Below are positions 13,472 through 27,129 of a stretch of DNA of 64,000 nt, one piece after another. The position numbers and the translations under genes are program-made. The DNA comes from Octopus vulgaris (Eukaryota): the NCBI GenBank assembly GCA_951406725.2, contig OX597830.1:53444001-53508000 (forward strand). Reading direction: 5' to 3'. The first letter of the stretch is position 1. Every line of letters begins with the position of its first letter. Below the pieces are notes generated by a model. The model was not told where the DNA came from. It was given only the letters and a program-made list of their open reading frames with translations, and did no database searches.

Positions 13472-13705
13472 TTATTTCTTTATTGCCCACAAGGGGCTAA
13501 ACAAAGAGGGGACAAACAAGGACAGACACGCGGATTAAGTCGATTACATCGACCCCAGTGCGTAACTGGTACTTATTTAATCGACCCCGAAAGAATGAAA
13601 AGCAAAGTCGACCCCAGTGGAATTTGAACTCAGAATGTAACGGCAGACGAAATACCGCTAAGCATTTCACCCGGCGTTCTAACGATTCTGCCAGCTTGCC
13701 GCCTT
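13472..13705 (-). mobile_element. SINE family A copy
   Basis: Near-identical to 25259-25480. Confidence 0.8.
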
Positions 13706-14415
13706 AACACCCTTTACATACCACCAAACAGAGGGAATCTTTTTTCCAGTTGCTTCCACAGTTTCTGTCTACTAAATTCAGTCACAGGGCATTGGTTGTT
13801 TTGGGGCTATACTAAAAGACAACTTGCCTAAAGTGACATGTAGTGGTTCTGAACTCGAAACTACATGGTTGTAAAGCAAGCTCCTTAACCACACATCCAT
13901 GTCTGTGCCACTCTGTAAAGTGGTTGGCTTTAGGAAGGGCATCCAGCCAGAGAAACCATGCCAAAACAGACATAGAGCCCAGACAAGCTCTTCAGCTGGT
14001 CAGCTCCTGTCAAACTGTCCAACTCATGCCAGCATGGAAAAGAGACATTAGATGATGATGATGATGAATTTACTTTATTATTAAAGTTACTGTTGTTTAT
14101 ACCATTTCAACTTCTTTGCCATTTCTAATGTTGATGGCGTAAGACATGTTGGTGTATTCAATTAGACTGGTGTGTCTTGTGTAGAACTTAACACTTCAGC
14201 ATTTGAAATATTGATGGCATTAGATATGTTGATGTATTTAGATTGAATGGTGTGTCTTGTCTAAAGTTTAACACGTTAGTAATTGTTATGTTAATGGTGC
14301 TGGATGAATATTTTAGTCACAGAGAAGAGATGAAAGAAAAACGCAATTTGCCGTATCATTTAGTGTAAGTTTTACTGCTACCAATAATAAGTGTGTTGTT
14401 ATAGCCAGATGTGTG

Positions 14416-14765
14416 TGAAGGTGCATGGCTTAGTGGTTAGAGCATCGAGCTTACGATTGTGAGGTTGTGAGTTCGATTCCCAGACCGGGCTGCGTGTTGT
14501 GTTCTTGAGCAAGACACTTTATTCCACGTTGCTCCAGTTCACTCGGCTGTAGAAATGAGTTGTAACACCACTGGGGCCAAGCTGTATCGGCCCCTTTTGT
14601 CTTTCCCCTTGGATAACATCAGTGGCATGGAGAGGTGAGGCTGGTATGCATGGGCGACTGCTAGTCTTCCATAAACAACCTTACCCGGACTTGTGCCTTG
14701 GAAGGTAACTTTCTAAGTGCAATCCCATGGTCATCCATGACTGAAGGGAGTCTTTACCCTTTTAC
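14416..14765 (+). mobile_element. tRNA-derived SINE family D copy
   Basis: A box TGGCTTAGTGG, B box GAGTTCGATTCC, then gtgttcttgagcaagacact. Confidence 0.75.
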
Positions 14766-15175
14766 AACCAGATGTGGTTAGTTAGATCAACAAATAACTA
14801 CATTTTCTGCTTTTTATGGCAGCCATATTTTGCTTGTGAAGGTATGGTGGCCGAGTGGTTAGGGTGTTGCACTTGCAGTTGCAAAATCGTGGTTTTGGTT
14901 TCTGGATGAAGCAGTGCATTGTGCTCTTGAGCAAAACTTTTCATTTCACATTGCCCCAGTCCACTCAACTATTAATGAGTAACCCTGTGACAGGTTGGCA
15001 TCCCATGCAGGGGTAATGTTGTGATCCCAGTCACTTATACACCATGCAGAGTGAGTCTCAGGACTTGAGGCAATAACGGCCAGGGTTGAGGTTGAGGAAT
15101 AGTAATGAGTTATGTTGAAATCAGGTGGGGTCAATTAGAACAACAAACAGCACTTCTCATTTTGCTCACTTGAAT

Positions 15176-15397
15176 GCTGGCAGAAATGTTAGCGCGCCGG
15201 GCGAAATGCTTAGCTTTATTTCGTCTGTCGTTACGTTCTGAGTTCAAATTCCGCTGGGGTCGACTTTGCCTTTCATCCTCTCAGGGTCGATAAATAAAGT
15301 ACCAGTTTCGCACTGGGTCAATATAATTGACTTAATCTGTTTGTCTGTCATTGTTTGTCCCCTCTATGTTTAGCCCCTTGTGGGCAATAAAGAAATA
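15176..15397 (+). mobile_element. SINE family A copy
   Basis: Reverse complement of the family A consensus. Confidence 0.8.
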
Positions 15398-15967
15398 TAA
15401 AGGGTTCACATTTTGGATAATGAAGTCCTCTCGTTCTTTGAATAAAAGTGGCATGCTTTTGATCACAGGTCTGCTTGCTGAAGGCCATTCTGGGACTAAA
15501 CAGTAACTAAATTCTTACTTTCTCTAAATCTTTTTTTAACCAAAGTTCTTTCTGTTGTTTCTGGAATTACTACTTTTAGTCCTCCATGTTGCTGCTCCAC
15601 TCCCCCTCTCTATTTCTTTTTCTCAAGATCCCTTTTCCTTTTAAAAATACTGTTATATCCCACCCTGCTGCTTCAAAGAAAGAAAGAAAGAAAGAAAGAA
15701 ATTTGTTCCCACTCCATCACACTCCTCCTCCTATTCCCCCCCTTACTTTAGTTACTAAGGCTAACCCATTGTTTTTGTTTCTTTTTCTCTTTCCTTTACC
15801 AGTCTCTGAGGCTCTGCAATAAATAAAGGTCACAGAAGCTGCCCTTCCTCTTGTAACCAAGTACCAAAAAAAAAAAAAGAAAAAGAAAAAATGGAATCTT
15901 TGGAGCTTGTTACTGGGAATACAATCCACACACACAGAGAATAGCTAACATAAAAATGCATCATGTT

Positions 15968-16005
<38 letters not shown>

Positions 16006-16009
16006 TGTT

Positions 16010-16063
<54 letters not shown>

Positions 16064-16885
16064 ATATTGATAATCAAAGATGGGTGTGTCATCATCATTA
16101 TTACATCCAGTTTCCATGCTGGTATGGATTGGCTCAGTAGATACATTCTGAGTCAGTTCTTATTTATTGTTACTGCCTTCTGAGCTAGGAACTACATCCT
16201 GCTTGTGTGTTTTATTTTTGGCATGGTATCTATGGGTGGATTTTTTCCTGCAAAACAAACACTTTACAGAATTTACTGGGTATATTTTATTGTGGCACCA
16301 GCACCAGAAGGGGTAATCATGTCCTTAGCAAGACTAAGTCCGTCCTTTCAACCCTATATTGTCTACCAACCCTGGAGTGGGACAGAACCCTAAACCATAC
16401 GGTTGAGGGGAGAACTTCTTAACCACACAGCCATGTCTACACCTAGAATGGTGGCTTAGGGAGAGGTTTTGATGGCCAGCAGTACAGGAGTTAGATGTTA
16501 GGGTGTGTGGAGTTTGGTGTGTGTGCAGTACAGAAGGATAATGTTAGTGGGGAGTAGGGTGTATACACTGTTAGGGTATATGGAGAGTGGGCTAGTGATA
16601 TCTTTCATTGTGTAGGCAGCATGGTAGAGTGAGTTGGGGAAAGGGTGAGATCCCTAAAATTGTCAAATTTATTCACATTGATTTGAATTAATCGTGTATT
16701 ATCTTGTAGCTTTAAGATTACAGTGATGTGATTTTATATTCTTACGACATTGTTAGATAGGTGTGAGAGGCCAGATCTGGTCAGTTTGAACATAAAACAG
16801 GTAGAAAATTTTGGGCTGGATATGGCCAGTTTAAATGCAAAATAATTATCTCTCTCTATATATATATATGTGTGTGTGTGTGTGT

Positions 16886-17064
16886 ATAGGGAGAGTTTAT
16901 GAAAAAAACAAAAGACAAAGACTGGTGGTGTACAAAACAAACAGATGTATTAGTATAATGCTCAGGAATAGAAAAAGTCTTTTACGTTTCGAGCCTACGC
17001 TCTTCTACAGAAAGAGACACAGAAAAAACAAGGAGAGAAAAAGATGCGTGTAGTGGCTAATGAT
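16886..17064 (-). mobile_element. Short PLE-type terminal-repeat element with a hammerhead-like motif (16979-17014)
   Basis: Minus strand reads CUUU CUGUAGA A GAGC-GUAG-GCUC GAAAC GUA AAAG. Abuts a (TA)/(TG) microsatellite; homologous to 58185-58345. Confidence 0.65.
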
Positions 17065-18284
17065 GTATATCTCCCAGCCTCCATTACTGTCATCATTTTA
17101 ATGTATATTTCACCATGTTGGTGCAGGTGGATGTATTTCTCCAGTAGGACTATGTGCCATTAATTGTTGTGGTCTTTTGTGTTCTCTTTTATGAGGCTCA
17201 GCTCAAAAATAAAAGACAATCTAAAGAAGCAAAACATGGAAGCTAAAAGATCCCTTGGTTAGTTGTAGGTTCAGAGAAATTCTAATTGATGGCAGTGGAA
17301 AGGGGATTAAGACTTAGGGGACAACTAGGGTTCCCTGTGAGAAAACCTGCTGAGGGTTACAGATTATATCTGTGGTTGGTGGAAAGTCTTAGATGAGAGG
17401 TAGAATGCTATGGGAGATAGAGCCATTAAATCTAAGAGACTTAGGAAGATTAAAAGAAAGCGAGCAGCTGTGAGTGTTACCAAGTACCCAGAAGAGAAGC
17501 AAGGTGTTAAGTATATTTAGCTAGGGGAGAAGCAGAAGTGAAAACGTTTGCATGTTTTGTGACAGGAAGACCAGAAGCATAAAGTATTCAAGATTGCAGG
17601 ACTGTACCAGAAAAAATATTTATGCCAATGAAGAGAAGTGTATTTGGAATGATAGAAGCACACTTACCCTTAACATTGCTGAAGAGAAAAAGGGTAGGGA
17701 AGTGCTATCATGAGAACAAGTTGAACAAGGAGAATGTATGAGAAGGAGAGGATTTATCCTAAGTACACACAACAGAGGAATCGGTCATTTAGGCTGACAT
17801 GATGATGATGATGGTGGATACAGCAATTAAGGATACAAAAACAAGGAAGACAGCTGGTTTGTCAGGGATAGGCACTAAGGTGCTGAAAATATGGTGAAGT
17901 GGATCTGTTCTTGACATGTGTAATTAGTGTGATGAATGAATAAGAGATATAGATGTGCTAAGCGAAAAAAACTGGATGTAAGAGTAATCAGATGTAGTGT
18001 GTAGGAGAGAGGAGTGTTGTGTTATGGGTATGTAATGCATATGGAGTATGACTTGTATAAAGAAGCGCAGGGTACTCCTAGAGATTGGAAGAGAGAGAGA
18101 GAGAGAGAGAGAGATGTAACAAAATTATGAAAATTTTGTCTCAGAATGCTGGGTCTCATGATGAGGATGATGATGATGAAAAATGATTGTGATAATTAGT
18201 GACAGGTGGTGCTGGAGAGGTCCTTTCCACCTGCGCAAAACTTATGAAACAAACATTGGATGGTGATAGTGTTGGAGACTGACA

Positions 18285-18482
18285 GGCTGGGCGAAATGCG
18301 TAGCTGTATTTTGTCTGCTGTTACGTTCTGGGTTCAAATTCCGCCGAGGTTGACTTTGTCTTTCATCCTTTCGGGATCGATAAATTAAGTACCAGTTACG
18401 CACTGGGGTCGACTTAATCCGTTTGTCTGTCCTTGTTTGTCCCCTCTGTGTTTAGCCCCTTGTGGGTAGTAAAGAAATAGGT
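18285..18482 (+). mobile_element. SINE family A copy
   Basis: Same core and tail (ccccttgtgggtagtaaagaaatagg). Confidence 0.8.
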
Positions 18483-19299
18483 ATATGATCTCTCATTTAT
18501 TGCAACCTCTGTAACCTTCTGTTCCTTCATCCCCAGACTCATTGATCATCTCTGTCACTTTCATTCTCTATTTCTAGCATTCATCTCTCTCTCTCTCTCT
18601 CTTGCTCAAACTCTTTCCTATTTATGGCACCATGCTGTCATTTTACCAGTGAATTTTGCTAGAAAAAAGCTTCTAAAAGTTTGAAGTAAGTTTTGGGAAA
18701 CTGCTTCAAGTTTCTTCAGTGATAACTGTTGCAAAGTGCAGTGTGAGCAACTACATAAAAACTCCTGAACTGGTTTACTTGCATTTCGTGATGATGATAC
18801 TTATGATCACGGTAGCTCCATCATTGTTAATTATAATGAAACTTAGTATTACTATAATACATCCAAGCTTTTATCTTTGTAAATCCTTAAAACCAGTTTA
18901 ATAATTAAGTTGTAATATACTCAACATCAGCTTTGACTGAATTCAGTCTTATTGTTTTTATTTTATTTTTATGAAAGAAAGCATTATTAATTAAAATAAA
19001 TCATTATTATTTTATTTTTTAATCTGTGAATCAACTAATAAACAGTTGCTATTTTTGCTTAACAGGTTTTTTTACTGAATTATATTTTCATGTTTTATTT
19101 TTTTAATTCTATTTCATAACTTTTAATCAGATTCTCATCAACAATATGTTTTGTAAACCTATTACCTTATCTGTTCAGAAGTTGAGCATAAGCTTGTTAA
19201 TGTTAAGGTAATATAACAATTGAAGGGTGGTGGGTGGGGATTTGAGTTAAGGGATTAAATTGTACCTCTTCAGCAACAATAACGAATAGCAATAATAAT

Positions 19300-20410
19300 G
19301 ATGGTTTCAGTTTTTGTGCACAAGGCCAGCAATTTTAGTGGGAGTAGGAGTTTGTTGATTACATCAACCCCAGTACTTGACTAATATTGTAATATTGTAT
19401 TTTACCAATCCTGAGGGATGTAAAGCAAAGTTTACCTTGGTAGGATTTGAGCTTAAAATGTAAAGAGCAGGAAAAAACGAAAAACACTGTTAAGCATTTT
19501 GGCTGATATGCTAACAACTCGACCAATTTGCCATCCTCTGCCTGTAATAATGATAATAATGGTTTCTGATTTAAGTACAAGCCAAAAATTTTCAGGCAAG
19601 GGATTAAGTAAATTACCATCTACCTCAGCATTTTACTGGTACTTTATTTTGACAATCTCAGAGAGATGAAAGTCAGAGTTAATCTCTTGATAAGATTTGA
19701 ACTCAGAACAGAAAGAACCTGTACAAATACTGCAAAGCAATTTTGCCCAACACTCTAATGCTTCTGCCACCTTTGATGGTTTCTGATTTAGATACAAGAC
19801 CAACAATTTTAAGATGAAGGGATTAGTCCAGTAATTGCATGATTCTTTATTTTATCAACCCCGCAAAAGGAAGAAAGGCAAAATTGAGCTTGGAAAGATT
19901 TTACCTGTGATAGTAAGGAACTGGAAGAATGATGTTGAGCAGTTTGTCTGAGACATACTTCTGATTCTGCCAGCTCACTGCTTCTGTTTCAACTTTTTTA
20001 GTGGAAGGAGGATAGTCGATTACATTGACCTCAGTGCTCAACTGGTACTTATTTTATTGACCTTGAAAGGATGAAAGGCAAAATTGCCTCTGCATGATTT
20101 GAACCTACTATGTAAAGAGTTGGAAGAAATGCCTATTTCTTTACTACCCACAAGGGGCCAAACAAAGAGAGGACAAACAAGGACAGACAAACGGATTAAG
20201 TTGATTTTATCGATTCCAGTGCGTAACTGGTACTTAATTTATCGCCCCCGAAAGGATGAAAGGCAAAGTCGGCCTCGGCGGAATTTGAACTCAAAACGTA
20301 ACGGCAGATGAAATACTGTTAAGCATTTCGCCCGGCGTGCTAACGATTCCGCCAGCTTGCCGCCTAAGCATTTTGTACGACATGCTAATGAGTCTACCAG
20401 TTTGCTGCCT
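19300..20410 (-). mobile_element. Cluster of about 5 co-oriented SINE family A copies of different ages
   Basis: Repeated ...aggccagcaattt...gtactt.atttt...gaaaggca...atttgaactcagaa...aagcatttt... units; the youngest copy is 20132-20366. Confidence 0.7.
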
Positions 20411-21154
20411 AAATAATTATGGTAATTCATCAAGGTCAACCATGACAGTGTTTGAAATGAGAATACTGTCAGGTGGTGTTGGGAAGGGCCTTGCAAGTAC
20501 AACTTTCTGTTGTACTATTGAGACCGAATCCTGTTAGTGTTGATAAAATGATCAAGCACCAATCAACAATTGTTATCAAGTAAATTGAGTATAATCTTCT
20601 TAAAACTGAAATCCTTTTTATTCAAAACATAGTCACAAGGTCCTACATTATCAGCTTAAGGATTTAGGTGGGTTGGAATTCCAGGCACAATCCCCACTAG
20701 CCTGTATGTTATATCTATGACCACAGTTTCAATGTGTTTTTTTCTTTAAATTTGTTAGATTGTGATATGGAGATATGGCTGCTCTGTGTATCAACATGTA
20801 GGCTCCTTGTGGAGGTGGTGAAAAAAAAAATGTTAGGGTAGAGTAGTGGGGATTGGGGCAGTGTCGTTAGTCAACCCTAACAGTTCTTCATAGACACTCA
20901 GACCACTGTTCTCGCTTTTATATTCTTTGCCTTGATCCCCACAATTTTTTGGGAACCCCTTTCATTTTACTAGAAATAGCAGATAAAGCTTTTTTCAAAT
21001 CATACTTTCTCTCCTTGCTTACAATAGAAGGATATATAAGGATAATGTGGTCCTAGAGGCACTGTCTAAAAATAAGATTGTTAGACACACTGGTCGTGAT
21101 CGGAATACCTTAGTTCTGGTTGATCACAGCTAAACAATCTGTACAAGCATAGCT

Positions 21155-21500
21155 ATCATCATCATCATCGTTTAATGTTCGTTTTCTGTGCTAGCATGGG
21201 TTGGATGGTTCAACTGAGGCCTGGGAAGCCAGGAGGCTGCACCAGGCTCCAGTCTGATCTGGCAGTGTTTCTACAGCTGGATGCCCTTCCTAACGCCAAC
21301 CCCTCCGTGAGTGTAGTGGGTGCTTTTTACGTGCCACCGGCACAGGTGCCAGGGGAGGCTGGCAACGGCCACGATCGGTTGGTGATTTTTACATGCCACC
21401 GGCATGGAAGCCAGTCAAGATGGCACTGGCATCAGTCACGTTTGGATGGTGCTTTTTACATGCCACCGGCACGGGTATCACAACTACAATTTCCCTTTGA
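21155..21500 (-). mobile_element. Family C short retroelement
   Basis: (CAT)n tail and gtttctacagctggatgcccttcctaacgccaacc; near-identical to 46082-46336. Confidence 0.75.
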
Positions 21501-22716
21501 TTTTTTTTTTTTTTTTGATGTTGATGTACTTGACTCCCTTCTCAATCATGTGGTTTTGGGTTTAGCCCCACTGTGCAGCAGCTTGAGTGTTTTCTCTAGC
21601 TCTAGGTTGACTTATGCCTCATGAATGAATTTCATAAGCATAGACTGAAAAAAATGATACATATCATCATCTTTGTCAACTTTATTGTTTTAACATCCAC
21701 TTTCCCATGCTTGCGCAACTTGGATGGATTTCGTTGAGGCAGGTTTTTTTTATGGTCTGTTGCCCTTCTTGTTGTTATCCCTCACCTGTTTCCAAACAAG
21801 GATAAGGTAATATTTTCCCATCATGGGGCATGATTTTACAGATTAGAAATGAATGACACAACATGTAGGACTAGCTCGCATTTACTACTATCATACTATA
21901 TCAAAACAAAGAAACACAAACATGCATACAACACATTCATATGCACACACACACAAACCATCATTACCATCATCATTATTATTATCATCATCATTATTAT
22001 TATCATCATCATCATTCTAACATCCATTTTTCCATGCTTGCAGGGTTTGAATGAAATTTGTTGAGTCTGATTTTCTGCTGCCGTATGCCCTTCTTATTGC
22101 TAATCCTCTCTTGTTTCCAAATAAGGTAATGTTTCCCCAAGACCAGACATGTTTTTGTTGAAGACGGGAAACGAAGGAATCACTTGCATGATAGTGACAC
22201 TTGTTTTACACTTTACGTATACCATGTAGTGTCAAAACTAGGAGATAGTAGTACATATGCACACACACACACATCCATACACACATGATGAGCTTCTTTC
22301 AGTTTTCATCTACCAAATATAATCGCAAGGTGCTACACAGTGAGACTGAAACTGAAGCCACATGGTTGGGAAGCAAACTTTGTAACCGCTCGGCTATGCT
22401 TGCGTCATCTTGACAACGCATGCCAGTTGTGAGCAAATATTATTGTCATACAAATGGTGCTCTTTGTTTGCAAACTCCTGTGAAAACATTCCTGGACTAG
22501 GGGAAGAGGTTACCTTGCTTAGAAGCAGGTGTGGGTTGGCAACAAGATGAACATCTGGCTTTAGAAACTCTACTTCAAATCTCATTTGACATATACAAGC
22601 AGGGAAAAGTTAGAATTATGATAATGGTGATGATGGTGATAATGTAATGCAGTCTGGTTTTGATTTCCATTTCAGAACAACAGTTTTTAGTAATATTTGT
22701 ACTTTTGGTCAGTGAT

Positions 22717-22965
22717 GTGGAGGTGCATGGCTTAGTGGCTAGGGTGTTGGACTCATGATCGTAAGGTTGTGGTTTCGATTCCTGGACTGGGCGATGCGTT
22801 GTGTTCTTGAGCAAAATACTTCATTTCAAGTTGCTCCAGTTCACTCAGCTGGCAAAAATGAGTAATCTCGCGACGGACCGGCGTCCCGTCTAGGTGGGGA
22901 ATTTCTACGCCACTGAAAGCGGGAAACCGGCCCTTATGAGCCTGGCATGGCTCGAGAAGGAACAT
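22717..22965 (+). mobile_element. SINE family D copy
   Basis: ggaggtgcatggcttagtgg...gtttcgattcctggac...gttcttgagcaaaa. Confidence 0.75.
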
Positions 22966-23044
22966 TTATTATTTTTTTTGGGGGGGTCAGTGAGTGGGCC
23001 AATGTTTCGCAACTTCAGTCTTATATGGAATTGGATTGATATAA

Positions 23045-23420
23045 TTTTTTTTATCTTCAGTAGTAAAAAGGAAGCCATTTATTGATATTAAAATTTACAA
23101 GTCAGAAGAATCTGACATAACCTAATCTTCATTGGCAAGTAGTGCCAAAAGTAAATGCTAGGAAGTGCATGTCTTTGTGAAAGCCAAAGAGTCTCATGGA
23201 ATTGCTCTAATTGACACTCTGTTGTTATTTGATGCCATTTTACCGACACACACAAAAGCTGTCTGGTATTTTCACAGTCTCTTCATAATATTCTTTGAAG
23301 ATGCTAGGGCTGGGTCACCGGGTGGGACAGAGCGGTATATATTCTTCAATTTTGGGTACTGTGGCTCTGGAAAAATAGTTTATCCATTCTGCTAACTGCT
23401 TTAGAAGTATTTTTTTCTTT
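23045..23420 (-). pseudogene. Possible retrocopied mRNA 3' fragment, unidentified
   Basis: Coding-like minus-strand frame ending ...YRSVPPGDPALASSKNIMKRL*, then UTR-like sequence, AATAAA (23083-23078) and A8 25 nt further on. Confidence 0.3.
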
Positions 23421-23973
23421 CTATCATCACCATCAATTTCTATCACATTCACTAACATCACCATCCTCAACACTTAAACTATCATTACCACCACCATTAG
23501 CATCTTGGTGGTCATTTGGCCTGCTAGAAATAGCAGTCAAATTTGGTCAGATCACATACTGCTTTCTTAAAAAGAAAGAAAATATTTTAGATAATATAGC
23601 CCAAGATAAACTTTTTGAAATAAAATGCTAGGATAATCATGCGAGGTCAGGGTTTGTTACTTGGAGTTAAAAACAGTATAATCAATTTTAACCAGTGTCA
23701 GTGTTATTACCACTTGCAATATATATTTTGGCTCTTTACACTGAGTTCAAATTCTGCTAAAGTCGGTTTTACCTTTCATCCTTTCAGGGTTGATAAGTTA
23801 AAGTAGCAGTCAAATACTGGGGTCAGTGTTATCAGCTCACCTCTGCCCTCAAAATGACTGGCCTTGTGTCTAAAAGAAAAGCAATTATTACCACTATTAG
23901 CATCATTACCAGTATGGAGGGTACCCTAATTCCACTTTACAGGCCAAACCTATTTTGGACTTCTCAAAGTTAA

Positions 23974-24194
23974 CCCTTTAGCATTCAAACCGGCCATATC
24001 CAGCCAAAATATTTAACCTGTTTTATATTGAAACTGACCAGATCTCGCTTCTCACTTCAGCCCTGCCATGTCATTCTAAAACTAAAAAAATCACATCATT
24101 GAAATCTCTAAACTACAAGATAATGCATGATTAATTCAAAGCAATATAAATAAACAAATATCACATTTGACAGAATAATCTGAACACTAAAGGG
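23974..24194. mobile_element. piggyBac-type MITE, family 1
   Basis: TTAA on both sides; TIRs CCCTTTAGCATTCA and TGAACACTAAAGGG. Related copies at about 16660-16838, 26301-26510 and 44495-44716. Confidence 0.8.
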
Positions 24195-24389
24195 TTAAAC
24201 CAGAAATTTTAAAAAACAATCTGATTCATTTTAATTTTTATGCATATAAACTAAAATTATGATTCATGCACATCCACAAAGTAATTTCATTGCGGCTACA
24301 GTTTTCCATCTGTGACCATCCCTGAATGTCATCATCATTTTAATGTGTGCTTTTCTATGCTTGCATGGATTGGATGAAATTTGTATTTC

Positions 24390-24500
24390 ATCCAGTTTCC
24401 AGAGGGCAGTACTTCACCCAGTTTCCAGAGGGAAGTACTTGACCCACTTTCCAATGGGAAGTACTTCACCCTGTTTCCAGAGAACAGTACTTAGCTCAGT
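24390..24500. repeat. About 28-bp minisatellite, about 4 copies
   Basis: ccagtttccagaggg.agtactt.ac repeated. Confidence 0.8.
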
Positions 24501-24953
24501 TTTCATGTTAACCTTCTTCTTCAAAAGGTATTTGGAAGAAGGTAATTTTTAGCCAATGCGGAAAAGCCTTTATAGTCAGTCTTTTGTAAATGTGTTCACA
24601 ATATTATCTTCTTTTAATATGACTATTATTATTCATCCTTTCTTACTGAAGAAAAGCAGAGAAATGATTTTCATGGATAGAGGAAATCTTCCTGTGCTTC
24701 CTTATCAATGGAAGGCAGAAGTCTTCTCTTGTGGAGGCAAACTACTCACCCTTTCCTTGTTGAAAGAAAGCAGTGAGACCAGTGTTCACAGTGAAGCCAA
24801 TTATTTTCACAAAGGTCAACGACCAAACTTCTAAGAGTACCACTGTCTTTTTGTATAGTTTGCAGTTTCATTTAATAGCTGCTAGTGTGTGTTCCACTCA
24901 CTCATTCACACACACTCTGCTCACACTTTCACACATGGCCTTGTAGTACTTCA

Positions 24954-25003
<50 letters not shown>

Positions 25004-25258
25004 TTCTCTGTCCTCCCTGCTATACTGGTATGCATGCCCGTACACACACTTCTATATTATATAGAGAGATTAGATAGAATGCCAACTGCTTACAGTAAAA
25101 TGCTACACATATTAACACAAGATATCAAGATGGAAAAAATTAATTGCTATTTGCTATCAAAAATTGTTTTTCATTTCATTTTGTTTCTTCTTACTGTTAT
25201 CATTGTTATCATTATTTTATGGTTATCCATTTCTTATAGAAAAATGAATGCATATATC

Positions 25259-25480
25259 TATTTCTTTACTACCCACAAGGGGCTAAACATAGAGTGGACA
25301 AACAAAGGGATTAAGTCGATTACATCGACCCCAGTGTGTAACTGGTACTTAATTTATCGACCCCGAAAGGATGAAAGGCAAAGTCGACCTTGGCGGAATT
25401 TGAACTCAGAACGTAACGGCAGATGAAATGTGGCTATGCATTTCGCCCGGTATGCTAACGTTTCTGCCAGCTCGCTGCCT
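25259..25480 (-). mobile_element. tRNA-derived SINE family A (Meta-domain-like), young copy
   Basis: 22-bp TSD TAGAAAAATGAATGCATATATC at 25237-25258 and 25482-25503. B box GAGTTCAAATTCC; central GCCTTTCATCCTTTCGGGGTCGATAAATTAAGTACCAG. Confidence 0.85.
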
Positions 25481-25975
25481 TTAGAAAAATGAATGCATAT
25501 ATCAAGTCATAAATACACCAACATTGGTTATCAAGTGGTGGTGGTGGTGGGCAAATACAGACACTAAGACACACATGCAAAGACGTGTGTGTGCATGCAC
25601 GTGCGCACGAGTGTGATGGGCTTCTTTCAGTTTCTGTCTACCAAAGACCCTTGCCCAAGGTGCTATGCAGTGGGACTGACCCTGGAACCATGTAGTTGGG
25701 AAGCAAACTCTTTATCACATAGCCAGCATACTTAATTATATACACATTGTTGATTAGCCAGTTACAACAGTGTTTGTCTTGAGGTAACATCTCTCATGGA
25801 CTTGTGATGTTAGAAACAGTAAATATCAGAGAGAGATAAAAATTCATCCCAGCAGTGGCCAGTGATAGTGCCAGATGCATTTTGGTCTTTTGAGGATTTT
25901 TCCTGCCTTTTTAGTGTCACATAGTCCCTGATATTTATTGTGATTTTTAACTCAGCAAATCTGTAAGAGATATTA

Positions 25976-26234
25976 AATAAATAAATGCACTCTTTTAAAG
26001 CCTAGCCAGGCTCATGGGCCCGGTTTCCCAGTTTCTATGGCATATGTTTTCCCCAGCTGGACGGGATGCCAGTCCATCGCAGTGTTACTCATTTTTGCCA
26101 GCTGAGTGGACTGGATCAACGTGAAATGAAGTGTTTTGCTCAAGAACACAACGCATCGCCCAGTCCAGGAATCGAAACCACAATCTTACGATCATGATAC
26201 CGACACCCTAACCACTAAACCACGCATCTCCACT
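25976..26234 (-). mobile_element. SINE family D copy with a 14-bp TSD
   Basis: TGTAAGAGATATTA at 25962-25975 and 26235-26248. Confidence 0.8.
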
Positions 26235-26530
26235 TGTAAGAGATATTACCTTAGAACAAATATTGCAGCAACTGGCCTATTGATAATGTGCATATATTAA
26301 CCCTTTGGCATTTAATCCAGTTATATCCGGCCAAAATATTCTACCTGCTTTATATTCAAAGTGGTCAGATATGGCCTTCACACCTACTCTACAACATCAT
26401 TCTAAAAATAAAACTACAAGCCATCAAAATCTTGAAGCTACAAGATAAGTCATGATTAAGACAAAACAATGTGAAGAAATAAGCATTACATTTAACAGAG
26501 TAATCTGAATTTTAATGGGCATGCTACATA

Positions 26531-26732
26531 CGAGGAGGTGCTGCAAGAGTTCCTGGCTTTGGGTAAAAGAAAATACAGGAGGATCAGTTAATTATGGTTC
26601 TATTCAACATATTCCCCTCTCAGATTTATACACTTTAGGTTTTCTAAGCCCTGTAAAAGAACTTGGATTGTTGGGCCTCCAACCAGACCTTTCACAATAC
26701 TCTTAAAGCCAGGAACCTTTCAGCACCCCTGC
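26531..26732. mobile_element. Mariner-derived MITE
   Basis: TA|CGAGGAGGTGCTGCAAGAGTTCCTGG ... CCAGGAACCTTTCAGCACCCCTG. Confidence 0.7.
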
Positions 26733-26910
26733 ATATGGGTATTTTAATTAAATGCTGTCTCAGTCACATATACTAGATATATGTGTATACAGATATGTAT
26801 ATATCTATACATATGTATTTATATGTGTGTGTGTGTGTATATATATATATTCTCACTCCCCTCCTATTCTTTTCTCTGAAGATTTGATGCTAGTGATTTT
26901 CAGTCCTTAA

Positions 26911-27129
26911 CCCTTTTGTTACCAACCCGACTGAGACCGGCTCTGGCTCTAGTACAAATGTCTGGTTTTTGAAAGTTCTGAATTAAAATCTTCCACCAAA
27001 CCTTAGTCACAATTTATGTTCCTAAAACTAGCTTAATTATAACGATGTTATTTTACTAAATTCTTTGTTATATTTAAAATAATTGGAAGAAAAATAGAGC
27101 ATCTGAAAATGAATACAGTAACAAAAGGG
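26911..27129. mobile_element. piggyBac-type MITE, family 2
   Basis: TTAA TSD; perfect 12-bp TIR CCCTTTTGTTAC/GTAACAAAAGGG. Related, interrupted copies at about 43370-44224 and 44870-45445. Confidence 0.8.

Noticed and set aside
15759-15826. Strong + strand acceptor followed by AATAAA
   Set aside because: No downstream donor or useful ORF; such signals are common in pyrimidine-rich intronic DNA.
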